Source of the DNA: Chrysomallon squamiferum
Lineage: Eukaryota > Animalia > Mollusca
Reading direction: 5' to 3'
Assembly (NCBI GenBank): GCA_012295275.1
Contig: CM022674.1
Location: 1,426,001 to 1,490,000, forward strand
Length of the DNA: 64,000 nucleotides
The stretch's first letter is position 1; every line of letters starts with the position of its first letter. The notes under the pieces were generated by a model. It saw only the letters and a program-made list of their open reading frames with translations. It ran no database searches and was not told the DNA's origin. The translations under genes were made by a program, and so were the position numbers. Below are positions 1 through 42,212 of this stretch, in pieces.

Positions 1-647
1 ATTTCAGTACAGTAGCTGATAATAATAAAACAGTAATAATAGTAATAAATGAACAATAGCTGGAGTAATGATAGTGAATACAAAAATAGTGACAGTAACA
101 ATAAGAATGTCAACCATGACAATAACAGGAAAACAATAATGTGCTATTTATTCCAAGTATATAATTTTGCCACAACAGTTGTACTTAAAACAATAAAGAA
201 ATAAAGACCTAAAAACACAATCTGATTGTGATAATAATAATAATGACAATAATAATAATAAATGCAGCAATAATAATAATGACAATAATACATAAATGCT
301 GTGTACATCAAGTACAATATGTTGTAATAATAATTTTAAAAAAAGAAACAAAAAATAACTATAAAATTAATAACAGAAACATCAAGAACATAAATGTTAC
401 CAAATATTTAACAATTTCATTAGCATGGAAAAGTGTAAAATTACTTACTCCAAATATATAAAATCTTGTTTCAGTAATAAAAACTTTAAATAATTAAAAT
501 CATGACGCATTTTTAGGAACATAAATATTAATATAACAATAATAAAAGTTATAAGAACACTGTGAAAAGAATAATGTCCTATTTACTCAAAATACACAAA
601 CATGTTGCATATTAACAAAACGTGCAATAATGGAACTTAGGACTTAC

Positions 648-766
648 TTTTAGAACAAAATCTGGAGGTGTTCCTGGTTTTACTGTTTGTCGAATGACTC
701 CATCGTGATGTGAGTGTATCAGCGTTTCATCCAGATCTAGAACCAGTGTTTTCTTTTTTAACATAC
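648..766 (-). CDS. CTDNEP1: CTDNEP1 coding exon 3 (119 nt, DLDET catalytic motif)
   Basis: Acceptor tttcag and donor gtaagt on the - strand; encodes [19 protein letters not shown]...PPDFVLK. Confidence 0.97.
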
Positions 767-832
767 CTGAAACATTGCAGATAACAAACATGAGAGAGAA
801 GAGAGAGACACACAAAACAGAAGACAAGGATG

Positions 833-912
<80 letters not shown>

Positions 913-1323
913 GAAAACAGACAAAAGATGGAGAAAATGAGAGGAGTGAGAAACAGCTGAAAAAAGATGAAAGAAGGAACAAAAGAAACAAAATAGAATG
1001 AGAAAGAGACAGTTGAAGAAAGACAGCATAATGCTTTTATTCTCCTATCCTAATAAAAATATGAATCATATTAATGTTGAACACTGCAATAAAACATTTG
1101 TAAACAGATAAAAATACAGTTAAGTTGAAATAAAACTGACTTACTTAGCCTATGTTTGGAAAGCGGAGACAGTGTGACTATTTCATATTTGACAGTCTGA
1201 TGTTGTATTACCTGGAAATAATAAATAAAAAAATAAATAAATAAACAAATAATTATATCTATCTATCTATGTATGTATGTATGTATGTATGTATGTATGT
1301 ATGTATGTATGTATGTATGTATG

Positions 1324-1378
<55 letters not shown>

Positions 1379-2647
1379 ATATATATAAACAAATAAATAA
1401 ATAATATATACACATTTAAACAAATAAATAAATAAATAAAAATTTAAAACCAACAACAATTACCCAAGTAAATAAATTTCATTATTAACAGTTTAAACAT
1501 TTCTTCTTTTCTTCTGCTTGATACTGGAAATTAAACTCACTATTGCCTTTTCAAAGGAACCATAAATAAACGCTAGTGACTGATAGGTCAGTCATGGCTG
1601 ATCAGATCATATATTGAAGTCACAGAGATGATGAATGATCAGATTCAGTGACATTAAAAACGAAATCTTTTAAATATATAATCAGTCAATATGCTCAATC
1701 TTAAAACTGTTTTCAACATTCTCACAGTCAGTAAATTATATATATATATAAAATTTTAAAATTAGAATTAAAAAAGAAAATCAAAACACTATAAACCTGT
1801 TTACAGAAGAAGAAAATATTTATAACATTTTAATTAAATTAATAATGACTCAGATCAGTACTTAAGTTCCATTATGTGAGATATTTTCAGGTTTATGTGC
1901 AATAAAATTAACATTTAAATGTCGTATCGTGACTAAACAACAATTGGTTGTATAACCTTTTTTTCTTTTTCCTCAGTAACTGAATATGTAGTAACATAAT
2001 ATACAGGATTTCCATTCATAAGTGATGTTTTTATTTGATCTTGATACCAGTGTCACATCAGATATATGACAATAAAGCAGTAATGTAATACATGTACCGA
2101 CAACACAAAAAAAAAAAAAAAAAAAAAAAAAATAATAAAATAAAATAAAATAAAATAAAATAAAATTAATTAATTAATTAATTAAAACATGATTAAAAAA
2201 TAACAACAATAATGACAAAAACTATTAATGTACTGATATCAAGCACAAAATATAATAAATTTGAAAATAATAAATAAATAAATAAATAAATAAATAAACA
2301 AAAATACAAAACAAAAATTTGTAATTTTGTTCTCTTTGTAACCTGGTTTGTAAATAAAACATTTGATTAGCTCTGTTTCAAGAGTTATTATGAAAGAAAA
2401 AGGTAACTAGATCTTCTTCTTGTTCTTTGTCATCTGTGGTGACACAGAGATGTTTCATACTAGACAGGTTAACGTTAAAGGAGAAATTCAGTCAACCAGA
2501 TAAAGATAAAATTGCATTAAGTAGAAAAGATACTCGGGTTTAGCTCTAATCAAAGATTTTTTTTTTTCAGTAGGTCAGGTTAGTATTACAAATCATAAAT
2601 TGATTATTTTGTTTATTTATTAAGAATAAATATATTACCAGAATTTT

Positions 2648-2711
<64 letters not shown>

Positions 2712-5700
2712 ACAGAAGAAAAAGAGGAGAAAGGACAGAAAATGAATGATGTATGAATGTGTGTGTGTGTGTTTATGTGTGTATATATACATATGAAATG
2801 ACTGAGGAAATGACAAAGGGAAAGAGAAAAATAAATACTTTTGTTTTATCCTAATAAAAATGTTAACTGTATCTATCTGTACATGAATGAGAAAAATAGT
2901 GGGATACTGGTACAGAAAGGTAAAATGAAAAAAAAAAAAAAAAAAAACAAGAGAGATAAAATGAAAAATAACCCCCAAAAACAAGAGAGATAAAATGAAA
3001 AAGATAACAAGGGAGGGGAAAAACGAGAGAAACAGAACAAGTAAGTGATTAAAAGGATAGAATTAAAAAAGAAAGAGAGAAAAATGGGTCAGTAGCAGCT
3101 ATTCGCCATCCCATCCCATCATCAGAAACTAATTATATTTTCAATCCTGCTAAATCTCGCTTACATAACACTAACAAGTGGCTTCTGTGACATTCTGTAG
3201 CTTTAACCTAGTGCAATGCAGCAGCCCAGCAAGCAATGCATCCTTTGAAACAACATTAACATGCCTGCTAGCCAAAGGCTAAAAGTTTGCAGAGATTGAA
3301 GAAAACAAGCTAGAAATAGTTCAGAACGCTTTAATGATGTGCTTGGGGCTCAAGATGAAGTCAGAGTCTCTGGCTATTTCTAAGTGAAATGCTGATAGCA
3401 ATGGCGGTTAATCTGTGGAGTCTGTAGTCGTGGCCTCTGTATAAGGACATCTGGTTATTTTCAAGATATAAATACAAACATGATTTGATCACGTGTTTGA
3501 AGGAATATATAAAATTATAAACCTGAAAATAATTATTTAGCTTAAAGAAAAAGAAAATAATAATAACTTCAACTGAAAATATTTAATTTATATGGCTAGT
3601 TTCTTTTCTATGAGAAATTTGTCATGACTTTTGTTTATTTTCAAGATTTGCAGAACAGGATGAAATAATTAAAGGAATATTCTAAATATTTATCTTCAAC
3701 ACACACATATACATACAATACCATGTTTTTAAACTTTTGTTTCCATTAGTTTGTTATTATTATTATTATAATTATCATTATTATCACAATTATTTATTTA
3801 TTGGCTAATAATGATAATAATAATAGGAGGTTTTTATTTTTATTTGTGTTTTTACCTTTTTATTAATTCTAACATTATTAGGTTACATTTCAAGCTACAG
3901 TAATGTCAGCATACTTTTGTCACTGTAACAAACTAGAAATGTCAGTGCACTGTTATCACTGTAACAAACTAGAAATGTCTGTATGCTGTTATTACTGTAA
4001 CAAACTAGAAATGTCAGTGTACTGTTATCACTGTAACAAACTAGAAATGTCAATACAGTTATCACTGTAACAAACTAGAAATGTCAGTGTACTGTTATCA
4101 CTGTAACAAACTAGAAATGTCAGTGTACTGTTATCACTGTAACATATTAGAAATGTCAGTGTACTGTTATCACTGTAACAAACTAGAAATGTCAGTGTAC
4201 TGTTATCACTGTAACAAACTAGAAATGTCAGTGTACTGTTATCACTGTAACAAACTAGAAATGTCAGTGTACTGTTATCACTGTAACAAACTAGAAATGT
4301 CAGTGTACTGTTATTACTGTAACAAACCAGAAAAGTCAGTGTACTGTTATAACTGTAACAAACTAGAAATGTCAGTGTTATGTTATCACTGTAACAAACT
4401 AGAAATGTCAGTGTACTGGTATTACTGTAACAAACTAGAAATGTCAGTGTACTGTTATCACTGTAACAAACTAGAAAAGTCAGTGTACTGTTATCACTGT
4501 AACAAACTAGAAATGTCAGTGTACTGTTATCACTGTAACAAACCAGAAAAGTCAGTGTACTGTTATAACTGTAACAAACTAGAAATGTCAGTGTTATGTT
4601 ATCACTGTAACAAACTAGAAATGTCAGTGTACTGGTATTACTGTAACAAACTATAAATGTCAGTGTACTGTTATCACTGTAACAAACTAGAAAAGTCAGT
4701 GTACTGTTATCACTGTAACAAACTAGAAATGTCAGTGTACTGTTATCACTGTATTATTACTATTATCTAGGAAAGTTGTATATTTGATGGATTTTTCTGT
4801 TATATCTTTTTTTTAAAAACAATGATTCAAAGCAAGGTCAAGTCAAGGGTGCCATTAATCCATCTACAGCTGTTACCATCATTATAATATTTCAAAAAAA
4901 AAAAAATAATAATAATAATCATAATAATAAAATAAATTTATAAATAAATAAATAGTTAAAAAAAAAAATTAAAATTAAAAAAAAAAAAACACAGCATAAA
5001 ATTATAATTAAAAAAATCAAAATAAAATTATAATTAAACAAATGATGCTTGTGTAACTTTTTGGCATTAAGTTATATCAAAAATCTATAAATAAGTAAAC
5101 ATCTTTTTTGATTTGTTATGACATTAACGTAGGATAAACTTAAAGATAAGCGTCTGTAGTTGACAGTCAAATTAACTAGGTGACCTGGTTAAGTTGTTTA
5201 CCAAAAATAGAAAATGGGACATGAGCAGAATCCACCTCTATGAACTCCCTCATTCAGGCTCACACTTAGACCTACATGCTATCAATTTATGTCAACAATT
5301 GTACATCTAACAATCGTTAAGTTCTTTAAATTCGTTCTATCTTCAGATTTTGTCATTTGGTTACCTGGCAAATATGTAAAGTACATATGCAACCAAAAGA
5401 ATTATAATATATATTGAATGTAACTATTATTTAATGGTACGTTTAAATCCATGAAGTACAAATTACTGTTATAATTTTATTTTATTTATTTATTTTTGTT
5501 GTAATTTATATTTTTATTTTCAATGATTTATGTATTTTATTTATATTATTATTTTATTTATTTATTTATTATCATGATTTTTTTTCATTGTTGTTGTTGT
5601 TTATTACATTTAAAATTACAATTTACAATGAATGCTCCTGAAATAAAATTATAAACCTGAAAAAAAAATTGTTGTAATTAATTTATTTTCTGTATGCCAC

Positions 5701-6041
5701 AGTATTATTCACCAGTAGATAATGTATTTTTGCATTTTGTGTTCTGGTGGGTTAACATCTAACTGATAAATATTATCCATTTTCTTTAAAGATGATTGAA
5801 CATGCTTATATGCAGTTTACACACCTATTTGCGTTTGTTACTAATTAAGCCCAAAAATATTTGCTTAATGAGGCAAGGATTCGAAGCAATCATATTTCAT
5901 AACATCACTCAAGATAAATCACTTACAAATTATTTTGAGGTGAAGGCCAGTTTGGGAAATAAATTAGATAAGGACATAATGCACTAGTTTACTTTTTGCT
6001 TTTGACAATCTATTTATCTATCTTATCTGTTTATCCATCTG

Positions 6042-6074
<33 letters not shown>

Positions 6075-6150
6075 ATAAATATATTTTATTTTTTTGTTCA
6101 CCTTATCTATCTATCTATATAAATATATTTTATTTTTTTGTTCACCTTTT

Positions 6151-6183
<33 letters not shown>

Positions 6184-7252
6184 ATAAATATATTTTTTTT
6201 TTTTTCACCTTATCTATCTATCTATCTATATAAATATATTTTATTTTTTTGTTCACCTTTTTACCTAGAGCAAGAGTAGATGTTGATAAAGAGATAAGAC
6301 TTTTAGTTATATACAGTCTCGGTCAGTTTCACAGTCTATGTCATTTCCATTTTAAAGTAACTTTAAATAAGAAGCTCATGTTTTGAATTATGTTACTTAA
6401 TATTCTTATTCTCTATTATTCAGCTGTTATCAAACAATCACTACCACCCACAAAAGGGGATTATGGGCAAAACTCCAAAGTAAAAATGCTGTCTCAGAAC
6501 AACTAGTCTTGTGATATATGTGACACATTGTCAGCTGTACTTTTTCTGACAATACCAGAACAAATTCTAGATAAACTGGTCCATCCTATATGTGTTGACA
6601 TACTGACTAAAGAAAAAGGGTTATATCTAAAAATAAAAATTATTAAACAGTACTTTGGTTTGTTATACTTCATTATTAATTACTAGAGAGATGGATAAAA
6701 TCGCAGCCTGGAAGTATGCAGACATATTTATACTAATTCCTTATATCAAAGCTACACTCAGAATTTGTTACTGATAAATTGCCTTCATCATTATCATTAT
6801 GCTATCGGACAGTCTCTGAATCATTCAGCATTAATGTGTCATGAAGTCAAAGTAATTTGTCATATTTCAATATGGTTTTGAATACTCAGCACTCTGTAGG
6901 TTATAACATAATGGTAACCGAAGGTGTATTAATCATTAATGCTCAGGCAGGTACTAAAACTAACTTCAACAAGACTAACATTCGTAAAAGACTGGATTAA
7001 ACATTACTGAAAGATATATCCAATACTGGAAAATGCCAAAACAACAGCATATTCGTATATCAATAACAAGCATTACAGATATTTGTATCATGCATCTTTA
7101 AAAAGATATCTGAAATATTTCCGTGATATTATTACAAATTAAATGACACCTACCGCACGAACTTGCCGTCTGAAGCAGTAACATATAAAACTCCATATCT
7201 TGGCAGCTAATAAAAAGAATCCACGCAATCCCATAACAATGTACTTAAACAT
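648..7252 (-). CDS. CTDNEP1: CTD nuclear envelope phosphatase 1 (Dullard), 5' part. Spliced CDS complement(join(648..766,1145..1211,7154..7252)); continues beyond the left edge of the window
   Basis: The three exons join in frame through GT-AG sites to give [33 protein letters not shown]|[23 protein letters not shown]|[39 protein letters not shown]. This has an N-terminal amphipathic segment and the HAD DLDET motif, and closely matches CTDNEP1 as I recall it. Confidence 0.97.
836..910. repeat. (GA)n microsatellite in CTDNEP1 intron 2
   Basis: Pure GA run seen directly; it is the source of the SLSL/ERER ORFs. Confidence 0.98.
1145..1211 (-). CDS. CTDNEP1: CTDNEP1 coding exon 2 (67 nt)
   Basis: ttccag|GTAATACAA...AGGCTAA|gtaagt; encodes [22 protein letters not shown]; phase 0 to 1, fitting both neighbouring exons. 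Confidence 0.95.
1255..1387. repeat. Compound (TATC)n(TATG)n(TATC)n(TA)n microsatellite
   Basis: Seen directly. Confidence 0.95.
2652..2708. repeat. (GA)n microsatellite
   Basis: Seen directly. Confidence 0.98.
3903..4753. repeat. 36-bp minisatellite, about 23-24 copies, in CTDNEP1 intron 1
   Basis: Unit ATGTCAGTGTACTGTTATCACTGTAACAAACTAGAA repeated head-to-tail with few substitutions. Confidence 0.97.
6040..6262. repeat. Compound tandem repeat: (TATC)n + ATATAAATATATTTTATTTTTTTGTTCACCTT, about 4 copies
   Basis: The block recurs four times with variable TATC length. Confidence 0.9.
7154..7252 (-). CDS. CTDNEP1: CTDNEP1 coding exon 1 (99 nt)
   Basis: ATG at 7252; encodes [33 protein letters not shown]; donor gtaggt. 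Confidence 0.95.
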
Positions 7253-8035
7253 TAGTGTTGAATAATATCTGTGCTCAATCCCCTCAAATATTCTGCACCA
7301 ACACAAACAAATGTTTTCAACTTTAAAGCTATCAAGCGAAATAGATGTCTACTTTCGCATCTATTCCGCCATTGAAATCCCACAGGTCAATGCGTTTCAA
7401 GAACAGGAAGTGACCTTTCATTATAACTTAGGAAGTACTCTTTTGTCTTTCGTTTTCCTATTTTCTCAGGTATATTTGCTAAACAGCTGTTCACGTTTAT
7501 ATTAATTAGTGGTTTTATGCATTTTAATAATGTTTTAAATTAATGTTTCTCTACCTGTTTGCAAAATGTATGAACATTTTTTTTTTTGAGAATTTTGAAA
7601 AATTTATTTTCTTTTTCTTATTTTACTTTTATTATTTTGTTAAATATTCGTTGGTCATAACAACACAGAAAATATTACAAGTGCTGTTAACTTATTCCGC
7701 TGCTGTTTCTAGCACTGCTACAGTTAATGATGTAACCTTTAGTACTTTCATGATTATTAATATTATTGCTGTATCAGGAATAGCACCTACTGTTTCTAAC
7801 ATTATCACTACGTTCAATTAGTAGTAGTACTCATTTCACACACTCTATAATTACTCATATGTTGTTACACGAATAGTACCGTATTTCCGATAGACTGGAC
7901 TATCTTTTACAGCGCAATAAATGAATAAGTGCTGGTAGAATATTATGCGTCTTTGGAAACCGAAAGTGTTTTGACATTTAGTTTTAATTGTTTTATTTGA
8001 TTAATTTACATCTTCGGATAAAACGTCAAGTGCCA
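7253..8035. promoter_or_regulatory. Probable bidirectional promoter/5' UTR region between CTDNEP1 and the ankyrin-C2 gene
   Basis: 783 bp between divergent ATGs; local CpG retention; YY1-like CCGCCATT (7366-7373); ETS-like CAGGAAGTG (7404-7412) and AGGAAGT (7430-7436). Confidence 0.65.
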
Positions 8036-28910
<20,875 letters not shown>

Positions 28911-29937
28911 TGTGAGAGAAAAAGAGAGGAATAGTTAAATAAATATTCACTGTGATATCTATAAGTGGGGTTTTTAGTTAGTGTGTGTCCAGTATAATAT
29001 TATATGAAACAAGTGCGTTATTATTCAGTTTAGCATGAAGTGGAGATATTTCTCTGGTGTTTTTCTATAAGGAAGAAAAAGATCGTGTTATACACTTAAA
29101 CAAAAGATAATGATTTATATCTGTGTTGATAAGTATCCTACTTTCACCTGTAGGTGAACTATATCTTTCCTCAGTATATATATATATATATATACACATA
29201 CACACATACATGACATACCTCTGACTATGTGATATATCCTGCTCTATATGTGACATTTATATTCTACTATATATGTGACATACATCTTGATTTATAAGTG
29301 AGACACACCCTACTTTATACAATACCTTTTATTGTATATGTCACATATATGCTCTTTTGTATCATACATCCTACTTTCGCAGAGTACGTAACATATATCC
29401 TACTGTTACTACATATGCAGTAACATATTCTACTAACGTGTGAAATAAATATTCACCTGTTAGCATATAATGTAACAAAACTTCACCTCTAACTATGCAA
29501 GTAATATACTTTCTGCTGTTGCTGAATGTATTATATATAAATATGTGTATATAAACCTGTGTATAATGACCATACACTTGACTTCACAAAAAATGGCTGT
29601 TATAGTCAGGTGGCTGTTCTGTTCAGGTCATTTTAAAAGAAGAGAAATGCTTTGTGGGGAGATTTATGGCAACCATTATAGCCAGGTGGCTGTTAAGCCA
29701 TTTTTGTCTGTCTGTCTGTCTGTCTGTCTGTGTGTGTGTGTGTGTGTATATATATATTTTATATATAAAATGCTATTGTTTTTGGCACATCCTTTTTTCT
29801 GGATTCATGACATTTAAATAAATAACTGTGTTATTAATAGACCCATTCATGTCGCACCTAGCTTTATATTTTGTTATCATTGCTTGAATGAAAGAATATA
29901 GTTTGTATATATACATGTGTATATGTGTGTGAATGTA

Positions 29938-29983
<46 letters not shown>

Positions 29984-31725
29984 TGTGTGTATGTATGTGT
30001 GTGTGTGTGTGTGTGTAGATTTGATAGTTTGAATTATGAACACAAAACTTACACACTGCTTTGAGTGTGAGATATTCAGAGGCCAGTCCAGTCATTTGAA
30101 CAGGGCTGATATGGAGATGTTACATTATAACTACATATATAAAAGTACTGATATAAAAACAAGGCATGTACTATATATATACATGTTAATAAATACTAGT
30201 GTGTGTGTAATAAGATGTTACTAAATTTCATCAAAATTTTAAAAAAAACACTAAGTAAACATTAAAACAGAAATATCAAATCCTTCAGTGCTTTTCTTCT
30301 GTACTGATTGTTTAATTCTTGCTAAAAAGATATATGTTTGTTCTGTTTCAAATTCTTGGCATGCCAGAGAAAAAAAGAAAAAAATTAAAAAAACCAGTGA
30401 TCCAAATAAACCACCTAAACCAATTATTTTATTTTTTTATTCTCATTTTACTGCTTACAGTTGTTGGGCTGTGAGCATTTTTAACAAAAAAATGTTAATT
30501 ATAATTGCAAGAATCTTTTTGTTTTCTGTAAGTCCTAGGGATTTTATTGTTATTATTATTATTATTATTATTACTCTCATTCGTAAGAATGAATTTCATT
30601 AATATTTTAAATTTTTTACACATAATTAATTAGTAATTACAGTCTAAATCAACTGCATAATCCTTTTTTTTTGATAATCACCTTCAAAGGTTTTTCCTTT
30701 TTTTTTCAAATTTTACTTATAAGAATGTAGTTTTATTTTTTCATGCTTGTTTCATAATTTTAACAATAAACTTTAAAACTCCAGTAACTACAACCCCTAA
30801 CAAATGCAAGAATCTTGTTTCTTCCAGTTGTCTTCAAATGTCTATCATTTTTCTTCTTTTCTTCTTTCTTTCTTTTTCTTATTTCTTTTTGTTTTAAAAA
30901 TGAAGTTTGTCATAAATATAAAGCTTTTAAAACACAAACCCCCCCAAAAACCACAACCTTATTTGAACTTAAAACAAATGCTAGAACGTCTTGTTGAAGT
31001 TGTCTTCAAAGAAATTCTTTAAAACCCAAAACAACCACATGTGCTTTTTTTCTGTTATCTTCAAAGATTTCTTTTTTCTTCTTCTTCTTCTTCTTTCTTC
31101 CTAACTCTACACACTAACAGGTCTTTTTTGTGCTAAACATTTTAAATTCTTAAGATGTCAATGAAAACCAATTATAACACAAAACATGAAACTCTTGTCT
31201 TAAAAGGTTACCTTTCTTTTTCTTACCTTTTGACAGTGTTCTTCTTTGTTTTTCACATTCCAACCTTTTTGATGAGCTGAAAGGGTGTTTAGTGGCAAAA
31301 GTCATCAAGTTCAAGTCTGTGCTCAGACAGAAGGCAGCAGTTGAATGGTTAAACTTTTGATGTGTAGAACCAGGAGGTTGTGGGATTGAATCATGATAGT
31401 AGAAAGAATATTTCTATTCTTTTTTCTTTATGTTATTATTATTATTATTAATATTATTATTATTATTGTTAGCATTATTATCATCATTTTTACTATTATT
31501 TATTATTATTACTACTATTACTTTTTTCATTATTATTCATATTTAGATGCTTAAATATATAAAAATAACTTCTACACACACACACACACACACACACACT
31601 TTACAATAATAAGACTCAGTGTTGCTGGATATTACACTTCGAAGCTATTACTGACTTTATTAACAATGATTTTTTTCTCAACACTAACAATTATTCCACT
31701 TACTGACAAACCAACCAAGCCTCAG

Positions 31726-31889
31726 AGTGTGCTGTCAAAGTGTGCTGTCAAAGTGTGCTGTCAAAGTGTGCTGTCAAAGGTTCATTGATGTCTGTCCTGG
31801 GCCAACAGTCACGAATATCTTACATTTAACTTTTAACAGTCTGAACCAACAGTCATGAATATCTTACATTTAACTTTTAACAGTCTGAA
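31726..31889. repeat. 13-bp x4 tandem repeat and adjacent 44-bp x2 duplication
   Basis: AGTGTGCTGTCAA x4 (31726-31777); CCAACAGTCAYGAATATCTTACATTTAACTTTTAACAGTCTGAA x2 (31802-31889). Confidence 0.93.
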
Positions 31890-32094
31890 GAACTAATTGG
31901 CAACAGAAGTCAACTGAGTACAACTGTCGTATTTCACACGTTTGTAAATTTTTTAGCCGTTTTTGTTCACTGATTGTTTGAATTTTTTCAGGTAGTGGTG
32001 GGGGAAAAAAAAGATGATGATATTTGCTTGGTTTCTATGACAAATACATTTGAATGCTCATTTTCTCTCTTTGTGTCTGACTTTTTGTCTCTGA

Positions 32095-32184
<90 letters not shown>

Positions 32185-33648
32185 AACACACACAATCATA
32201 CATATACATGTATAAATGCACATGCATGCACACATACACAAAACACGAGAATGTGTACTTCTGTAGAAATAACCCTTTGATTTTGATTTTTCTACTTAAC
32301 TCTAGATACAACAACAGACTTGGCAAAGTCCTGACTCTCATTAACTAACTAACCACCTAACATACTAATACTATCATGGGCAGACAACTCAAACTCATTT
32401 TTGATGCCAAGACAGATAAATGTCCCTTGAATTTTTAATAGACATAAACGTGTTTAAGAAATGTTTGCTTTATTATTTTATTTTTTAATTACCTATTCTA
32501 TGAGATAAACAGATATTGTTATGTAAATATTTTATATATATAAAAAAATCTATTGTTATTTTTGATAGTTACAACTTCTGATCTGTTTGTAAATTAGAGT
32601 TTTATATATACATGTATATATAATTAAGAAAAGTATTATTTGATATTTAGACATACACACAGATATTTATATATGTGTTTATATGTGTGACACACACACA
32701 CACACACACACATGTCTTCTATTCACATTATTAAGTTTAGCTTTGTTATTTTTGTAGTAATTTTGTTGATTTTCGTACATGACACAATTTCACTAGCATT
32801 CTGTACAGACATACAGACAATGGGGTATAAGGACATACATAAAAAATATGTAATGGGCATTAACTGTGGATAGGCTTCAAAGCAGAATGGATCAACAACA
32901 GATAGTGTTGTTATAACAGTTATCATGATCTTAACTAATTTTATTTAATTATTAGAATGGGGAAATATATATATTTTATACAATTTGGTTATTTTGATGT
33001 GATATTTAACAATTATTATACAATTTGGATACATGGATAGATAAATGGCTGGATGGACAGATCTGAAATCTGTTATCAAAGATCTTCATTTTTTTATTTT
33101 ATTTATTTATATATTATAAATAGAACAAAAAAAGAACAGATTACTAGAATATACAGTTTGGTATTTTAATTTGATATTCATTATTTTACATTTGGGTACA
33201 TGGATGTATGGATGAATGGATGGATGGATGGATGCACAGATCTGAAGACACAGTTTTCAAGATGTTCAACATGTAAAATCTATTAGAAGTGAAAAAAAAC
33301 AAAACAAAAAAAAAATAACATCCCAAAATTTTGATATTCATCAGCTACTTTACAAGTGGGATATATGGACAGATGGTGGAATAGATTCTGTTTCAATTCT
33401 CAAGATCTTTTGTATTTTTTAATTTTTTTTTACTTTATTAGAATAAAACTAATAAAATAAAAAAACTATACAGGTCTGATTTTATCAATTATTATGATAA
33501 TTTTTGTCTATAAGAACTACATAATTTTATACTGGCTTGCCTTCAAGTTAATATCTCTGAGCTATTTTTAGATTGTTAATCTTTAATATACATATGTATA
33601 TAGATATATTTATGGGTAAACATTCATGACATGATACAGAAACACATG

Positions 33649-33690
<42 letters not shown>

Positions 33691-34033
33691 ATGGATATTA
33701 CTGTGGGAATTGTTTATTTAAATTAATACAAATATTTAGAAATCAACTTACTACTGCTGTTTTTATGTATGTTGAAAACTGGCAAGCTGGTTCTTGCATC
33801 ACATTGTGTCTTACCTTACAACTAACATTTATATTTGAAATAAAAACAAAATTATTAAATTTAAACATCTTTTGTTATTTGTTGTTTGTTTGTTTTTTTT
33901 TTTTTTTTTTAAATTATTTTAATTTTTTCAAATGTTTCTACAATTTCAGTGATCAAAATGTGATGATTATATATGGATTGATATCAATATACCAGTTGTA
34001 ATGAATGTTCAAAAACTGAAACACAAATAGGGG

Positions 34034-34080
<47 letters not shown>

Positions 34081-34492
34081 ATTATTTTTCAAAATGTGTA
34101 TTCACTTATTTTTATTATTGAGATTATTTATTTTTAGTAACATGAATAACACCAGTGTCTAATGGATACTGAACAGTCATGCACTAGATCATTCATTTTA
34201 TTAAATACCTTTTATTTATTTATTTTTACCTTATTTCCAAATACAAACAGTGATGGATATATTAATGAGACCATGTTTATAAAAAGCATATGCACAGAAT
34301 ACAAATTTTGTTCTTGTTCTGCCCAAAGTGTAAACCATTATTGGACCATGACATTCCATAAAAGTTTAAATTAAAAATTAATAGATTAGAAAAATTAACT
34401 CGATTTTAACGTTTAAAAGGAAATTTAATTATATTCAAAACACTGATTTTCAGCTATTATTTATTTTATTTTATTTTATTTTATTTTTATTC

Positions 34493-34529
<37 letters not shown>

Positions 34530-34698
34530 TTGATGCCTTGGTTCATTATTCAGGTTTACTTCATCATATGTTAATTTTTAAAACAGTAACAGTTAAGAAA
34601 TAGCGTCTAACTACTAAAATGAAAGGAAATGATGTAAGGAAGATAACATATTTAGAGTTTATTCAAATTTATCGCGAAAGAGTTACCTCCCATGACAA

Positions 34699-34744
<46 letters not shown>

Positions 34745-35006
34745 GTTATTATTATTATTAATTTTATCAAATGATTATTTTTCCCCCCACTAAACGTTGT
34801 TTATAAACAAATAAAATGATCATTTAGAAACATATAAAAAATACTTATTTTCTTTTCTTTGTCCATTCGAAACACAATTCTTAATTTTCCATTTTGTTCA
34901 TATTTACAAGACAGTTACTTACTGTATTATCAACGTCTTAATTTAGCATTTTATAAATTAATCATTTCAAAATCTTTACTCTAAACGTACAGTTTGCCAG
35001 TCTTGT

Positions 35007-42212
<7,206 letters not shown>

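Noticed and set aside
3903-4753. CRISPR-like array or Cys-rich zinc-finger/metallothionein gene (ORF 4081-4656)
   Set aside because: The 36-bp units are contiguous with no unique spacers, there are no cas genes, and the context is a eukaryotic intron. The ORF stays open only because the unit is a stop-free multiple of 3.
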